A stretch of 64,000 nucleotides of DNA from an uncultured bacterium (GCA_963705505.1 CAVPJU010000001.1:257678-321677), one strand, 5' to 3'. Counted from the stretch's first letter, positions 18,174 to 29,801 are shown. The notes: a model not told the origin generated them from the letters alone. Made by a program: numbers and translations.

Positions 18174-20987
18174 TTAAACGTTTTTTACCCAGGTAATGCC
18201 TAATTCGTCGATGTTCGGGAGCTGCTTTCCGATCATGAAAACCTGTCTTACAAGCGCCTCCTGGTTGACTTTGTGCATCGAAGCGGTTCCTTCGGCCGGG
18301 CTCGAGTTCCGGCGCCTTCCCATGAAATGAAGCGCGACTCGTCCCTTGATGAATTTCCTCAAGAACGGGTATATGAACATCCACGCCCCCATGTTCTCGG
18401 GTTCCTCCTGGAGCCAGACCACTTCCTTCAGCTTGGGGTATCTGTTCAATGCCTTCTGGAGCAGGGTCGTCGGGACCGGATAGAGCTGCTCCAGCCTCGC
18501 AATCGCAACATCCTTGGAATTTTGTTTTCTGAATTCACTGGCGATCAGGTCTATGTAGACTTTTCCGCTGCAGAGTATCAACCTTTTCACGGACTTGGCC
18601 CGTGTGTCGTTCATTTCGTCATCGATTACAGGCTGCCACGTTCCTTCCGAGAGGTCCCTTAATGAAGAGAAAATAAGCGGGTTCCGGAGAAGGCTCTTGG
18701 GTGTCATTATGATCAAAGGCAACGGGTCTATGTCGAGCACCCCGGCCTGTCTTCTCAGGAGATGGAAATACTGCGCAGCTGTCGTGCAGTTCGCGATCCG
18801 CATATTCACTTCTCCGGCCGAATCGAGGAATCTTCCCAGGCGGCCGCTTGAGTGATCCGGTCCCTGGCCCTCATAGGCGTGCGGCAGGAGGAGCACGAGG
18901 GACGGGGTCTGTCCCCATTTGGCCCTCGCCGAGACTACGTATTCGTCTATGATTGTCTGGGCGCCGTTTATGAAGTCCCCGTACTGAGCTTCCCAGATTA
19001 CGAGCCGGTCGGGCGCCTGAATGTTGTATCCGTATTCGAACCCTATGCACGCGTTTTCTGTAAGCGGGCTGTTTAAGATTTCAAAAGCGGCTTTAGACTG
19101 CGGAATATTCTGAAGCGGGGTGTAGATTTTCCCCGTATTGAAATCGTGAAGCACCGCGTGCCTGTGGCTGAATGTGCCCCGCTCGGCGTCCTGTCCCGTA
19201 AAACGGATGGAGATTCCGTCCGAGAGTATCGACGCGAACGCCAGCTCCTCGGCCATAGACCAGTCCACTGTTCTGTCGTCCATGTTGGCGAGAGCGGTTT
19301 CCCTGCGCTCCCTCCCGCGCTTCAATTTCGAGTTGATTGTGAACCACTCGGGGAGTTTCAGGAGAGAGGCATTCAGCTCTCTCAATGTTTCCGCAGGCAC
19401 TGAAGTAATCGTTTTTTGAGCCGCCCCTGCCGGGGGTTTACCGGACAGGGCCTCTTCGGGTATGTCCCGCGGTGTCAGGGATTCAAAATCGCTATGGAGT
19501 ATTTCGTTGTATTTATTTACTAATTCCTCGGACTCGTCCTTGTCCAATATCTTCCGTTCTACGAGTGTATCCGCCCAGACCTCCCTCACGGTCGGATGGT
19601 TATCGATTATCTTGTACATTTCGGGCTGGGTGAAAGCGGGCTCGTCGGCTTCGTTGTGCCCGTGCCGCCTGTAGCCCACGAGATCTATAAGGAAATCCTT
19701 CCTGAACCGCCTAAGGTATGCGAATGCAAGGCGTGCGCATTCGATACATGCTTCTGGGTCGTCGGCGTTGACATGAACGATGGGGATCTCAAAACCCTTG
19801 GCGAGGTCGCTTGCGTAGAGCGTGCTGCGGCTCTCACTTGGCAAAGCCGTGTATCCAAGCTGGTTATTCGTGATGACGTGAATCGTGCCGCCCGTAAAGT
19901 AGCCGGGAAGTCTGCACATATTGAGAGTCTCGGAGACTATGCCCTGGCCGGGGAACGCCGCGTCCCCGTGGACGATGATCGGGAGAGAGAGTTCGGGGTT
20001 GAATTTAGGCGCTCCGACTCCGTTGACCGATGTACCGGCTGCTCGCGTCATCCCCTCTACTACCGGATTCACTGATTCCAGGTGACTCGGATTAGGGGCC
20101 AGGGTGATCTGCATTCCTATGGCTCTTCCGTTTTTAATTGCGTGCCGCGCCCCTTCGTGGTATTTGACGTCGCCTGTCCAGCCCATGTAGTCCCTGAAGT
20201 CCCTTTCCAGTATGGGGTCCTTGAACTTAATCAGTGTCCCTTTGTAAGCCTTGTTCATAACATGGTGCATCACATTGAGGCGGCCCCTGTGAGCCATACC
20301 TATAAGAATATGGTGCATGCCGGACTCCGCGGACAAGCCGACTATTTCGTTCATGATCGGAACGAGCATATCCACGCCTTCTACGGAAAAACGGAATTTC
20401 CCTGGGAATATACGGTGGAGAAACTTTTCCAGCACCTCCACTTTGGTAAGGCCTTCGAGAAGCAGTTTTTCATTAATCGGGTCCACGGGGGGTCTGAAGC
20501 TCCCTGTTTCCGCGGCCTCCCTGAGCCATTTCCTCTCTTCGAGCGAGTTTATGTGATAATAATCGTAACCCACCTTCGATGAATAGATTTTTCGGAGCTC
20601 CCCAATAGCTTCATAAGCGTTGGCCGTCTTCTCCGAGATGGGCTTGCCGATGAGGCTCGAAGGCAGCCGGGTGAGGTCTTCCGGCGTGAGGCCGTGAGTG
20701 GAGAGTTTGAGGGAAGGGTCTCCGGGCGGCGTACTGCCGAGCGGGTCTATATAGGCGTCGAGATGACCGAAAGCCCTTATCGCCTGAGCCAGGTTGACTG
20801 TCCCAACGATCTTTTCAACTTCATGCTGGGTAATCTCGGCAGGTTCCTCTTCGTATATCTCCGGACGTATCTTGTCGAAGACCGCTCTTGTTGCGGAGTC
20901 GACCGAGTTCGGGTCCCTGAGATAACGCTCGTACAGCTCAAGCACATAACCTGAGTTAGGTCCGTGAAAAATATGCGAAATATCCAT
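18174..20987 (-). CDS. sucA: 2-oxoglutarate dehydrogenase E1
   Basis: [38 protein letters not shown]. Confidence 0.96.
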   Translation of the reverse strand: MDISHIFHGPNSGYVLELYERYLRDPNSVDSATRAVFDKIRPEIYEEEPAEITQHEVEKIVGTVNLAQAIRAFGHLDAYIDPLGSTPPGDPSLKLSTHGLTPEDLTRLPSSLIGKPISEKTANAYEAIGELRKIYSSKVGYDYYHINSLEERKWLREAAETGSFRPPVDPINEKLLLEGLTKVEVLEKFLHRIFPGKFRFSVEGVDMLVPIMNEIVGLSAESGMHHILIGMAHRGRLNVMHHVMNKAYKGTLIKFKDPILERDFRDYMGWTGDVKYHEGARHAIKNGRAIGMQITLAPNPSHLESVNPVVEGMTRAAGTSVNGVGAPKFNPELSLPIIVHGDAAFPGQGIVSETLNMCRLPGYFTGGTIHVITNNQLGYTALPSESRSTLYASDLAKGFEIPIVHVNADDPEACIECARLAFAYLRRFRKDFLIDLVGYRRHGHNEADEPAFTQPEMYKIIDNHPTVREVWADTLVERKILDKDESEELVNKYNEILHSDFESLTPRDIPEEALSGKPPAGAAQKTITSVPAETLRELNASLLKLPEWFTINSKLKRGRERRETALANMDDRTVDWSMAEELAFASILSDGISIRFTGQDAERGTFSHRHAVLHDFNTGKIYTPLQNIPQSKAAFEILNSPLTENACIGFEYGYNIQAPDRLVIWEAQYGDFINGAQTIIDEYVVSARAKWGQTPSLVLLLPHAYEGQGPDHSSGRLGRFLDSAGEVNMRIANCTTAAQYFHLLRRQAGVLDIDPLPLIIMTPKSLLRNPLIFSSLRDLSEGTWQPVIDDEMNDTRAKSVKRLILCSGKVYIDLIASEFRKQNSKDVAIARLEQLYPVPTTLLQKALNRYPKLKEVVWLQEEPENMGAWMFIYPFLRKFIKGRVALHFMGRRRNSSPAEGTASMHKVNQEALVRQVFMIGKQLPNIDELGITWVKNV

Positions 20988-21257
20988 GTTTTCTTGCCCT
21001 TTTGATTCGAATCGTCAGTTTTCTGGACGGATTGGTATTAAAGTCTCAATTAATGAACATTATATTAGCACAGGAATATTTTTGTGCAATCCTGTTTTGC
21101 TTAAATATTCGCAATTACGATCGATTTTGTTTCTATTCTCGGGATAGGACGATGGGAGGAATATACGGCCATAAAATAATTCAAAAAGCGTACGGAATAA
21201 TTTGTTCGGGGTTATATCCCGTTTTTTGTTCTTTACCGTCCGATCACGGTCTCTAAG

Positions 21258-22136
21258 TTAACCCATGTACGAATCGATGAACTTCTCGTAATGCTCCCTG
21301 TGGCCATCGTGCCCGATTTTTTGCTGTGCGGGCGGGAGTTCCTTCTTGTTGAGAATGAGAGATTCGAGTGAAGCGTGTTCTCCCTTGAATATCCTGCCGA
21401 TCGGTATCCGTCCTTCTTCTCTCAACTGGAGGGCTCTTTGAAAAGCCATCCCGCGGTTAGCCGGGTCGTAACCTTCCTCTTCATCGATATTGTAGACCTT
21501 GGCTCGCCATTCGCGGTGAGTATCGTAATAGGTTACGCAGGGTGAGAGCACTTCGAGGAATGCAAATCCCCTGTTCGATTGAGTATGGTCGAGAGCCGCC
21601 TCCATCAATTTTTCCAGCTGCTCCGGGTTACCGCTGAATCCGCGTGCCAGGAAGGTTGCTGAAGGAAAGCTCAGGCCTAAAAGAATTGAGTCTAATCCTG
21701 ATTCCGCGTTGTCGTGGTATCCGGTCGGGCTCGTAGGCGATGCCTGCCCCTTCGTGAGACCGTAATTGCAGTTGTTCATGACTATGTATGTAATGCTCGG
21801 ATTGCTCTTGAAGGTATGTACGAGGTGGCCCGCTCCTATCGCGTAACCGTCGCCGTCACCGCCCGCCGCGATAACTGTCAGGTCCGGGTTTGCCAGCTTC
21901 GCCCCGGTGGCCGCAGGTAATACCCTGCCGTGGAGCGCATGATACCCGTAGCAGGGCAGGTTATTCTGGATCGTGCCGGAGCACCCGATTCCTGCCAGCA
22001 GCATGAGCTTGTAGGGAGGTATACCCATCTTATGCAGGGCTTTCTCAAGGACTCCCTGAACTGCGAAATCCCCGCACCCTGCACACCATATAGGTCTTGC
22101 AGGCGCAAAGGTTTTTGTATGCGGTTGAGTGCTCAT
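21258..22136 (-). CDS. 2-oxoacid:ferredoxin oxidoreductase beta subunit
   Basis: WCAGCG, GIGCS, HGR, GGDGD, YGLTKGQASPT. Confidence 0.93.
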   Translation of the reverse strand: MSTQPHTKTFAPARPIWCAGCGDFAVQGVLEKALHKMGIPPYKLMLLAGIGCSGTIQNNLPCYGYHALHGRVLPAATGAKLANPDLTVIAAGGDGDGYAIGAGHLVHTFKSNPSITYIVMNNCNYGLTKGQASPTSPTGYHDNAESGLDSILLGLSFPSATFLARGFSGNPEQLEKLMEAALDHTQSNRGFAFLEVLSPCVTYYDTHREWRAKVYNIDEEEGYDPANRGMAFQRALQLREEGRIPIGRIFKGEHASLESLILNKKELPPAQQKIGHDGHREHYEKFIDSYMG

Positions 22137-23950
22137 TGAAGCTTTGCCTCCTTTTTACCCTTTTTTATGACACGGCTCTTAACGATACGGCTTTCTTCCT
22201 CGAGGATCCGTTTTACCAGCTCTGCAGGCCTGAAAGGAATCCCGTCAAACCTCAATATGCTGATTAATTTGTCCGGGTCTGCTCCCTGATGGATCAATAT
22301 GTGCGCGAGCTGCGCCTGTGCGTTCAGCTCCACGACGTAGACCCTGCTGCATGTGTCGATAAACTCGAGTATGTCTTCGAGCACGGGCCATACGGTCCTC
22401 GGCTGCAGGTACTGAGTCTTGATCCCGTCCCTCTCCAGGTCTTCCAGAGCTTCAAGTATAACTCCGAATACGGAACCTATGCCTATGAATCCGATCTCCG
22501 CTTTACTATCGCCGAAATGGCGTGCCCTGGGTAATTCCTTTTTCGCAATTTCGATCTTACCCATGCGTTTGTTCATCATTTTCACACGGTTGACGGGGTC
22601 CGTGGATACGAGTCCCCATTCGTTATGCTCGTTTCCCGTGACGAGAGACAAACCTCCCGGCGTTCCCGGCGCCGCAAACGGCGAAACGTTGTCCTCCGTG
22701 AACTGGTAACGTTTATAGGCGTCCATATTTTCGAGGTCTTTTTCTCCTAGCCGTTTTCCGGGAACTGCGCTGACTTCCTCCAGATTAAACGGTTCGACCG
22801 TGGCGATATTTTGTGATAACGCCTGGTCCATCGCAAGGAAAACCGGGCATTGGTATTTGTCGGCCAGGTTCGTGGCATCGACAGTCAGGTGAAAACAGTC
22901 ATCCGGATGTCCGGGGGTAAGCACTATGCGGGGGAAGTCCCCGTGCCCGCCGAAGACCATGAGGTTGAGGTCGCTCTGCTCGGGCTTGGTCGGCATGCCG
23001 GTGCTCGGCCCCGAACGCTGGCAGTCCACGATCACAAGCGGTATTTCCCCGGAACCCGAGTGTCCGACCCCTTCCTGCATGAGGGAGAACCCGGGACCCG
23101 AAGTCGCTACCATCGCCCTCGTTCCTGTCAGGGCCGCTCCGAGCGCCATATTGATGCCGGCAAGCTCGTCTTCCGTCTGCCTCGCAACGCCTCCGACGCG
23201 CGGGAGCCACTCCTGGAGCGTCTCAAGTATTTCGGATGACGGCGTAATCGGATAGCCGCAGAAAAACCTGCCGCCTGCGACCATGAATCCGAAGGCGACG
23301 GATTCGTTGCCCGTGATTATAAGGCGTTCTTCAGGCTCTGTCTTTTTGATCTTATATAGTCCTTCACCCTCGTGTATGTTCATCTCGTCAGCGAGATGGA
23401 AACCCAGGCTGAGCGCCTCGAGGTTATATTCCAGAACGACCTGTCCCATCCTCTGAAAGCGTTTAATGAACGTCTCGCGGAGCGTTTCGTCTTCGAGTCC
23501 CAGGAGACGTCCCACGACGCCGAAGGCTATACTGTTCTTATAGAGCTCCCTCCGCATCGTGCGCATGGCGATCCTGTTAAACGGGGCGGAATATACCTTA
23601 GTCCCCTTCGGGAGTACGGAAGGGACAGGGCCTCCCGAGTCGTCATAGACTACAATGCTCTTAGGATCGAGCTGGCGCGCATTTTTTTCAACAGCCTCTT
23701 CATCGAGAGCTACGAGGAGGTTAATATTGCTTCCTATACAGTATCTGTTTCCGGCAAAAGCTCTCATCGTGGCCGCCGCGTGTCCGCCCCTGATTCTCGA
23801 TAGTACGTCCCTTTCCGTATAGACGTTGAGCCCGTTCATTCGCAAAAGCTCTGCAAGCATGGTTATAACGGTAAGCGAGCCGTCTCCTCCCTGGCCCGCT
23901 ACGATTACGTTCACGTCTTCTAAAATAGGCCGGTTGTTGTTGGAACTCAT
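22133..23950 (-). CDS. 2-oxoacid:ferredoxin oxidoreductase alpha subunit (fused gamma-alpha)
   Basis: GYPITPSS, QTEDE, ATSGPGFSLM, QRSGPSTGMPT. Confidence 0.93.
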   Translation of the reverse strand: MSSNNNRPILEDVNVIVAGQGGDGSLTVITMLAELLRMNGLNVYTERDVLSRIRGGHAAATMRAFAGNRYCIGSNINLLVALDEEAVEKNARQLDPKSIVVYDDSGGPVPSVLPKGTKVYSAPFNRIAMRTMRRELYKNSIAFGVVGRLLGLEDETLRETFIKRFQRMGQVVLEYNLEALSLGFHLADEMNIHEGEGLYKIKKTEPEERLIITGNESVAFGFMVAGGRFFCGYPITPSSEILETLQEWLPRVGGVARQTEDELAGINMALGAALTGTRAMVATSGPGFSLMQEGVGHSGSGEIPLVIVDCQRSGPSTGMPTKPEQSDLNLMVFGGHGDFPRIVLTPGHPDDCFHLTVDATNLADKYQCPVFLAMDQALSQNIATVEPFNLEEVSAVPGKRLGEKDLENMDAYKRYQFTEDNVSPFAAPGTPGGLSLVTGNEHNEWGLVSTDPVNRVKMMNKRMGKIEIAKKELPRARHFGDSKAEIGFIGIGSVFGVILEALEDLERDGIKTQYLQPRTVWPVLEDILEFIDTCSRVYVVELNAQAQLAHILIHQGADPDKLISILRFDGIPFRPAELVKRILEEESRIVKSRVIKKGKKEAKLQ

Positions 23951-25227
23951 TTAGATGCTTTCCCTCCGTTAGTGGGGTTGTAATCTTTGTAGAGTGTTTT
24001 AGGGTTCGTGTTTCCCATCTCGATTCTTTCCTGAAGCGTTGGCATCAGAGCCGGCAACGGTTTGTTTCTCTTCATGTTGCAGAGTTTTATCAACAGTTCT
24101 TTCGCGCGCGGTTCCGAATCGACAGGTTTTACTTCGAAGAGCCCGTCGTCCATAGCCGCCTGAAAAGCCTTGTGTCCGGCCTCCGTTCTCACGGCGACGA
24201 ATGTCCAGCCGTCAAGACCTATTCCCCCGACGCCTATATCGGAATGCTCGGCGGAGTAGTCGAGGCAGTACAGGCACGCGGGCCGCGCGAACGGGTGGAA
24301 GTCCTTTAATTTCATGATAATCTCGCGCCCGTCCCTGAGCGTGATTATTACCTTCCCCTTTACGTTCACATTCACTATATCTTTAGGCTCTACATTGAGA
24401 CTGTCCGCAATGAATTTAATATGTTCGTGAGTAAAGCTCTCGGAGCAAAAAAGCCCTATTACGAGCGTAACGTTTTTTTGATACCATTTCGCCACTTCAA
24501 GACGTATGCTGCTGTACTGCTGCTGGCGGATTCCGTCGACCTGGCAGGGCACGCCCACAACCGCTATGGGGTGGATGTCCTTTCTCATCGCTTCCGTAAG
24601 GGCGACGGTATTTGGCGAATACGTATAACGGGAGCCGCTGCATGACAAAATTTCCTCAGGTGTAGTCGCGAGCTTCTGAACGCCTACCTGAGGGTTCTCC
24701 GGAAGCACGTCCCCCAGCACGGCGCCCTTTATCGTCCCTTTATTTAAGGCATGTACGAGGAGTGCGCTCGTGACCCCTCCGTCCTGGCCGCGCTTGAGAA
24801 AATCCTCCGCTTTCGCACGCGCAATGACGGCATAGCTATAGGGTCCGAAGCCTTCATCTATGACGGGCTTTTTAAATCCGAGGAGGGTTTTCAGGTCTTT
24901 GTCTAAGGGTCTCAGCACCGGGCAGACATCAGCGCACAATTCACAGAAAACGCATGCGTCATTCCTCGTGTCGACCGGATGCTCGTCTTTGTAGTCGAAA
25001 ACGTCTGTGGGGCATATGGTGACACAGGCGGCACAGCCAACGCATTTGCCCGTGTCCACTATCTCGCGCATTAAAAAGTCAACCGCTTTAAATCCGCCGC
25101 GGTTGATCTCGGACCGCCAAGCATAGGCCCATTCATAAGGATCGACGTCCTGGTCCAGCATGTTGCGGTACCTCTCCTGAACGGCGCGTACCAGTTTCTC
25201 ATCCCTGCTTAACTCTTCATTGCTCAT
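23947..25227 (-). CDS. FrhB/FdhB-family (F420 hydrogenase beta-like) Fe-S flavoprotein with 2x[4Fe-4S] domain
   Basis: CVGCAACVTICP, CVFCELCADVCP, GQDGGVTSALL, GSRY, VGVPCQ, IGLFC, CLYCLD, DIGVG. Confidence 0.88.
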   Translation of the reverse strand: MSNEELSRDEKLVRAVQERYRNMLDQDVDPYEWAYAWRSEINRGGFKAVDFLMREIVDTGKCVGCAACVTICPTDVFDYKDEHPVDTRNDACVFCELCADVCPVLRPLDKDLKTLLGFKKPVIDEGFGPYSYAVIARAKAEDFLKRGQDGGVTSALLVHALNKGTIKGAVLGDVLPENPQVGVQKLATTPEEILSCSGSRYTYSPNTVALTEAMRKDIHPIAVVGVPCQVDGIRQQQYSSIRLEVAKWYQKNVTLVIGLFCSESFTHEHIKFIADSLNVEPKDIVNVNVKGKVIITLRDGREIIMKLKDFHPFARPACLYCLDYSAEHSDIGVGGIGLDGWTFVAVRTEAGHKAFQAAMDDGLFEVKPVDSEPRAKELLIKLCNMKRNKPLPALMPTLQERIEMGNTNPKTLYKDYNPTNGGKASK

Positions 25228-25473
25228 AATCCACACTCCCTGTTAGATTATTATGCAGACTTATGATCTTAGGTTATTAATTTTTATACGACTAAGCGGG
25301 TCCGGTCAAACTTAATTTTAGCTCAAAAGCTATATTCTAAATTTTAACTTAAAAGCCCTCGTCAGGAAAGCCTTTTATCATAAAAATTGACTGATATTGT
25401 TAAATAATTCCCATTACTTTACCTTAGCTGTTTATAGTATATCAGTTTTCTATGATTTTATAACAATTTATTG

Positions 25474-25489
25474 TGCATAATTTATGCCA
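25474..25489 (-). promoter_or_regulatory. sigma54 -24/-12 promoter for FrhB-like/OFOR operon
   Basis: Minus strand TGGCATA-AATT-ATGCA; inverted repeat GTGTCA-N7-TGACAC at 25559-25577. Confidence 0.55.
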
Positions 25490-25753
25490 CATTGCTATTA
25501 CAATAACTACCTATCTGCACTATCTATTTATTATTGAGCAAATTAAGGTCTATGTAAAGTGTCAGAAGTTATGACACATTAATATTAATATATTAGGTCG
25601 ATGTAAAAATGCAACCACTTTATGTATGGCGTGACAGGCAGGTTTCCCGGGGTTCTCGGCAAATCGTTTGGATTAGAATTGCCAGACGGTTATTCTATTG
25701 CTTAAATTCGGCTCGCCGGGTTGAAGTTATGGAGACGCCCGGACAATTTTAAT

Positions 25754-26680
25754 ATGATACACGTCCACAATCTTACGAAGCGGTACGGGAACCTTGTCGC
25801 AGTAGAAAATCTGTCGTTCCGGCTCGACAGGGGGGACGTGCTGGGTTTTCTCGGTCCGAACGGAGCCGGAAAGACGACTACCATGCGTATTATCACAGGC
25901 TACATGCCCCCTACGAGGGGCACGGTTCATATTGAAGGAGTGGATATATTCGATAACCCTCTCCATGCCAAGAAGCTGATCGGCTATCTTCCTGAAAACC
26001 CGCCTCTTTATAACGATATGACAGTGGCCGAATACCTCGATTTCGTAGCCGACATCAAGCAGGTAAAAAAGAAAGAGAAAAAGAGCAAGATATTTTACGT
26101 GCTCGAGAAGTGCGGGCTCACCGAAGTAAGGAGGCGTATCATAGGCCACCTTTCCAAGGGGTACAGACAGCGTGTGGGAATAGCGCAGGCTCTCGTCAAC
26201 AACCCCCCTGTCCTGATTCTGGATGAGCCGACTATCGGGCTCGACCCGGTGCAGATAATAGAGATCAGGGACCTGATAAAGAGCCTCTCGGGCGAGCGCA
26301 CGGTGATACTGAGCACTCATATACTCCCCGAGGTCACGATGATATGCAGTAAGGTCGTTATAATCAACGAAGGAAAGATAGTGCTCGAGGAGTCGCTTCA
26401 GTATCTGTCCGAGAGCTTAAGAAATTCCCAGAATCTTTTACTCAGGGTTAGGCAGAACGGCGACGGTGTGAAAGAAAAAATCCTTTCCGTCAAAGGTGTG
26501 GCGGGCGTGAAATCGGGATCCTCGGGGGAATTCATCATTACACCCTCGGACGGCATGGAAATAAGGGAAGAGCTTGTCAGGCTCGTCGTGGAAAACGATC
26601 TGGGTCTTCTCGAATTGAGACCGCTTGTGAATACGCTCGAAGAGATTTTTCTGAAAGTTATATCCTCTGAAGGGAATTAG
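25754..26680 (+). CDS. ABC transporter ATP-binding protein (GldA-like)
   Basis: GPNGAGKTT, LSKGYRQRV, LDEPT. Confidence 0.93.
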   Translation: MIHVHNLTKRYGNLVAVENLSFRLDRGDVLGFLGPNGAGKTTTMRIITGYMPPTRGTVHIEGVDIFDNPLHAKKLIGYLPENPPLYNDMTVAEYLDFVADIKQVKKKEKKSKIFYVLEKCGLTEVRRRIIGHLSKGYRQRVGIAQALVNNPPVLILDEPTIGLDPVQIIEIRDLIKSLSGERTVILSTHILPEVTMICSKVVIINEGKIVLEESLQYLSESLRNSQNLLLRVRQNGDGVKEKILSVKGVAGVKSGSSGEFIITPSDGMEIREELVRLVVENDLGLLELRPLVNTLEEIFLKVISSEGN

Positions 26681-27433
26681 ATGAAGGCGCTTTATACTAT
26701 TATTAAAAGGGAATTGAGGTCTTATTTTGCTTCCCCGCTCGCATACATAATTCTCGTTGTATTTCAGGTCATCTCGGCGAGGTTCTTTTTCCTCTATCTC
26801 CAGGGGTTCCTCCAGTTCCAATTCGATCCGAGCTATCAGCTGCAAACGGGCGAACTGAATCTGAATAACCTGGTCGTGCTTCCGTACTTTGGGACCATAA
26901 GCATCGTACTTCTCCTTATAGTGCCGCTCATAACCATGAGACTGATCGCCGATGAGAAAAAGAATTATACGGCGGAGCTGCTCTTCACATCTCCCATCAG
27001 GATACGCACGATAGTCCTAGGGAAGTTTATCTCTGCTCTGATTCTTCTCTTGATAATGCTGGTTTTGTCATCGATCAATATTTTCGTGCTTATGGTTCAC
27101 GGCAACCCCGATCTCGGGGCTGTCTTTTCGGGTTACATAGGGCTGTTTTTATTAGGGGCTTCATTCCTGTCAGTCGGGATTTTCGCCTCGTCGCTTACGG
27201 AGAATCAATTAATAGCGGCCGTGATCAGTTTCGGCGTCCTGCTCCTCCTATGGCTCGTGGGCGCTTTATCGGACGCCGAGAGCTCGGTCATGGGCTACAT
27301 CTCGGTAATCAATCATTACGAAGACTTCAGCAAGGGATTGATAGAGTTGAAGGACGTGGTCTATTATCTGTCCCTCATATTCCTGGGCCTGTTTCTCACC
27401 TACACTTCGCTTGAATCGGAGAGGTGGAGATGA
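26681..27433 (+). CDS. ABC transporter permease (GldF-like)
   Basis: RELRSYFASPLAY, TMRLIADEKK, multiple TM helices. Confidence 0.9.
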   Translation: MKALYTIIKRELRSYFASPLAYIILVVFQVISARFFFLYLQGFLQFQFDPSYQLQTGELNLNNLVVLPYFGTISIVLLLIVPLITMRLIADEKKNYTAELLFTSPIRIRTIVLGKFISALILLLIMLVLSSINIFVLMVHGNPDLGAVFSGYIGLFLLGASFLSVGIFASSLTENQLIAAVISFGVLLLLWLVGALSDAESSVMGYISVINHYEDFSKGLIELKDVVYYLSLIFLGLFLTYTSLESERWR

Positions 27434-28791
27434 AGAGAAGGAGGCTTATTTACGGTACGAACGCTCTGATTTCCGTTTTGAGCGTCTGCGGTATCCTCAT
27501 CGTGCTGAATTACATTTTTTTCAAATCCGACATCCGGATCGATATGACCGAAGGTCGGCTCTACACGGTCTCAGAGCATACTGTCGGGGTGATCGAGAAT
27601 ATAAGCGGCGATGTCGAGATTCTTGCGTTTTTTAAAGATGTGGGGATGGACAGGAGCGAATTTCAGGACCTTATAAAGGAATATTCGAGAAGGTCCGGAA
27701 AGATAAAAATCAGGTATGTAAATCCGGACAAAGAGCCCGGTATCGCGAAGAAGTACGATATCAAGGAGTACGGCACCGTCGTGCTCGTGGACGGGGATCA
27801 GACGATTAAGCTGAGGCTCGCGGACCACATATCGGGAGGGATCCTCAAAAACGCGGAAGAGGAGATTACGAACGCCCTTTTCAAGCTAAACAGGGTAGTC
27901 CACAAAACGGTTTATTTCCTTACGGGACACGGGGAGCGGGACATGGGGGACGACCTTGAGCCGGAGGGCCTGGGGGTATTGAAGGGCGCTCTCAAAGACG
28001 AAGGCTATGATGTGAAGGAGTTCCTCTTTCTGAGGGGGGACCCGCTTCCTAAAAAAGACACGGTGCTTATGGTGGCGGCTCCGAAGCAGGCTTTATCCCT
28101 CAAGGAGATAAGCGATATCAAGGACTATCTCGACCATGGCGGGAAAGCGATATTTCTGATAGAGCCCAGATCAGGGGGAGAGCTCGCCTCCGTTTTAAAG
28201 AACTACGGCTTCGTCATAGCGAATGATATTATCGTCGATCCAAGCTCCAAGCTCGAAGGGGGAGGGGATATTGCTCCGATTGTCGCCCAGTACGCTCATC
28301 ACGACATCACCGAAGGGTTCAGGTACGCGACTATATTCCCCTATTCAAGGAGCATCGAAGTTGCCGACCTGGACGGATTCGATTCGACCGTGCTCGCCCA
28401 CACAGGTGAATACAGCTGGTCCGAAACCAATTTCGAGCTCTTCGACCAGGGCGTCGCGCAGCAGGAACCGGGCGAAAAGAAAGGCCCTCTCGGAGTAGCC
28501 GCAGTCGTCGAGGACGGGCACAATTCCAGAATAGCCGTATTCGGAAGTGTAGACTTCGTCTCGAATATATTTATCGACTTTTCCGGCAACAGGGACCTGT
28601 TTCTCAACACTGTCAACTGGGTCGCTGGCGATGAGAACCTGATTTCGATACGGCCGAGAGCGGCTAAAGAGGGGAAATTAACGATAACGAAAAAACAGAC
28701 TAATATAATATTTTTCTTTACTGTAGTATTAATGCCGGCGGTAATCTTTTTTTCGGGTATGGGTATTTGGTGGAAGAGGAGAAGGCTTTGA
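27430..28791 (+). CDS. GldG-like ABC auxiliary protein
   Basis: IDMTEGRLYTVS, VYFLTGHGE, GNRDLFLNTVNW, C-terminal TM. Confidence 0.88.
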   Translation: MKRRRLIYGTNALISVLSVCGILIVLNYIFFKSDIRIDMTEGRLYTVSEHTVGVIENISGDVEILAFFKDVGMDRSEFQDLIKEYSRRSGKIKIRYVNPDKEPGIAKKYDIKEYGTVVLVDGDQTIKLRLADHISGGILKNAEEEITNALFKLNRVVHKTVYFLTGHGERDMGDDLEPEGLGVLKGALKDEGYDVKEFLFLRGDPLPKKDTVLMVAAPKQALSLKEISDIKDYLDHGGKAIFLIEPRSGGELASVLKNYGFVIANDIIVDPSSKLEGGGDIAPIVAQYAHHDITEGFRYATIFPYSRSIEVADLDGFDSTVLAHTGEYSWSETNFELFDQGVAQQEPGEKKGPLGVAAVVEDGHNSRIAVFGSVDFVSNIFIDFSGNRDLFLNTVNWVAGDENLISIRPRAAKEGKLTITKKQTNIIFFFTVVLMPAVIFFSGMGIWWKRRRL

Positions 28792-28850
28792 TGTTCATTC
28801 TCTTCCCGGATTTTGCGAGCCGCAGTTAATGAAGTAACTGAGCCTATAAA

Positions 28851-29801
28851 TTGAGCAGCTATCTGAAAAGGTTTGCCGGCACCATAATCGCATTCGTCAT
28901 ATTCGTTCTTCTTCTCGCGTCTGTCCTGTTGTTCGACAGAGAAAAACATACTGAGCCTAAACTGGATAAAGTTTTCCCCGGTATAAATACTGAGGAGATC
29001 CGGTCTATCAGGGTGAAATCCGCCGGCAGAGAGTTCGTCCTCGAAAAAGGAGACGACGGCTGGTTCGTCGTAAGCGGTTCAGAAAAGCTCAAAGCCGATA
29101 AGGGCGCTGTGGACGACCTGATCAAGAATGTGAAGGAGATGGAGGTCGAGAAGGTGGTTTCGAGGGATTCCGCGAAACTGGACGACTACGGGATCGTCAA
29201 ATCCGATACGGAGTTTTCGGTAAAGACTTCGGTAAAGACTAAGGATGACGAGTACCCTTTGATAATCGGGGATAAGACTCCCGTCGGCCCGGATGTATAC
29301 GTTTACGACCTCGGCGAGGGGAGAGTCCTCATCGTTAAAGATAAGTACCTTGCGGGGTTCATGAATAAGAGCCCCGAAGACTTGAGAGATAAGACAATCC
29401 TGACGTTCGATAAGGAGAGCATCAACAGCATAACTTTCAAGGTCGGCGGCTTCTCTGCAGACCTCATGAAGGAGAACGGCAAGTGGGTCGAAGTGATAAA
29501 TCTGGACCGCCATACGGCGGATCAGAAAAAGATACACGAGATTATCGATGCGTTTGCGGAAATGAAGGCGGACGGGTTTCCGGACGACGAGCCTCTGGAT
29601 TTGAGTAAGTACGGCCTGGCCGAGCCCACTGCCGAAATCAAATTCTATATCGAAGGAAAAGGAGTTGCCGTATTATTCGGGAAAAGGAAGGACGAAGAAA
29701 ACTATTACGTACAATTGAGTGATGGAGCCCCTGTTTATTCCGTCTCGAAAAATTATTTCAAGATTCTGCCTAAGAACAATGAAGAGCTCCTGAGTCGATG
29801 A
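28851..29801 (+). CDS. DUF4340-like protein
   Basis: N-terminal TM; two internal repeats (LDDYGI / LSKYGL, LRDK); typical fourth gene of Gld-like operons. Confidence 0.75.
   Translation: MSSYLKRFAGTIIAFVIFVLLLASVLLFDREKHTEPKLDKVFPGINTEEIRSIRVKSAGREFVLEKGDDGWFVVSGSEKLKADKGAVDDLIKNVKEMEVEKVVSRDSAKLDDYGIVKSDTEFSVKTSVKTKDDEYPLIIGDKTPVGPDVYVYDLGEGRVLIVKDKYLAGFMNKSPEDLRDKTILTFDKESINSITFKVGGFSADLMKENGKWVEVINLDRHTADQKKIHEIIDAFAEMKADGFPDDEPLDLSKYGLAEPTAEIKFYIEGKGVAVLFGKRKDEENYYVQLSDGAPVYSVSKNYFKILPKNNEELLSR

Noticed and set aside
29216..29239. 12-bp tandem duplication in DUF4340-like gene
   Set aside because: In-frame (SVKT twice); no evident consequence
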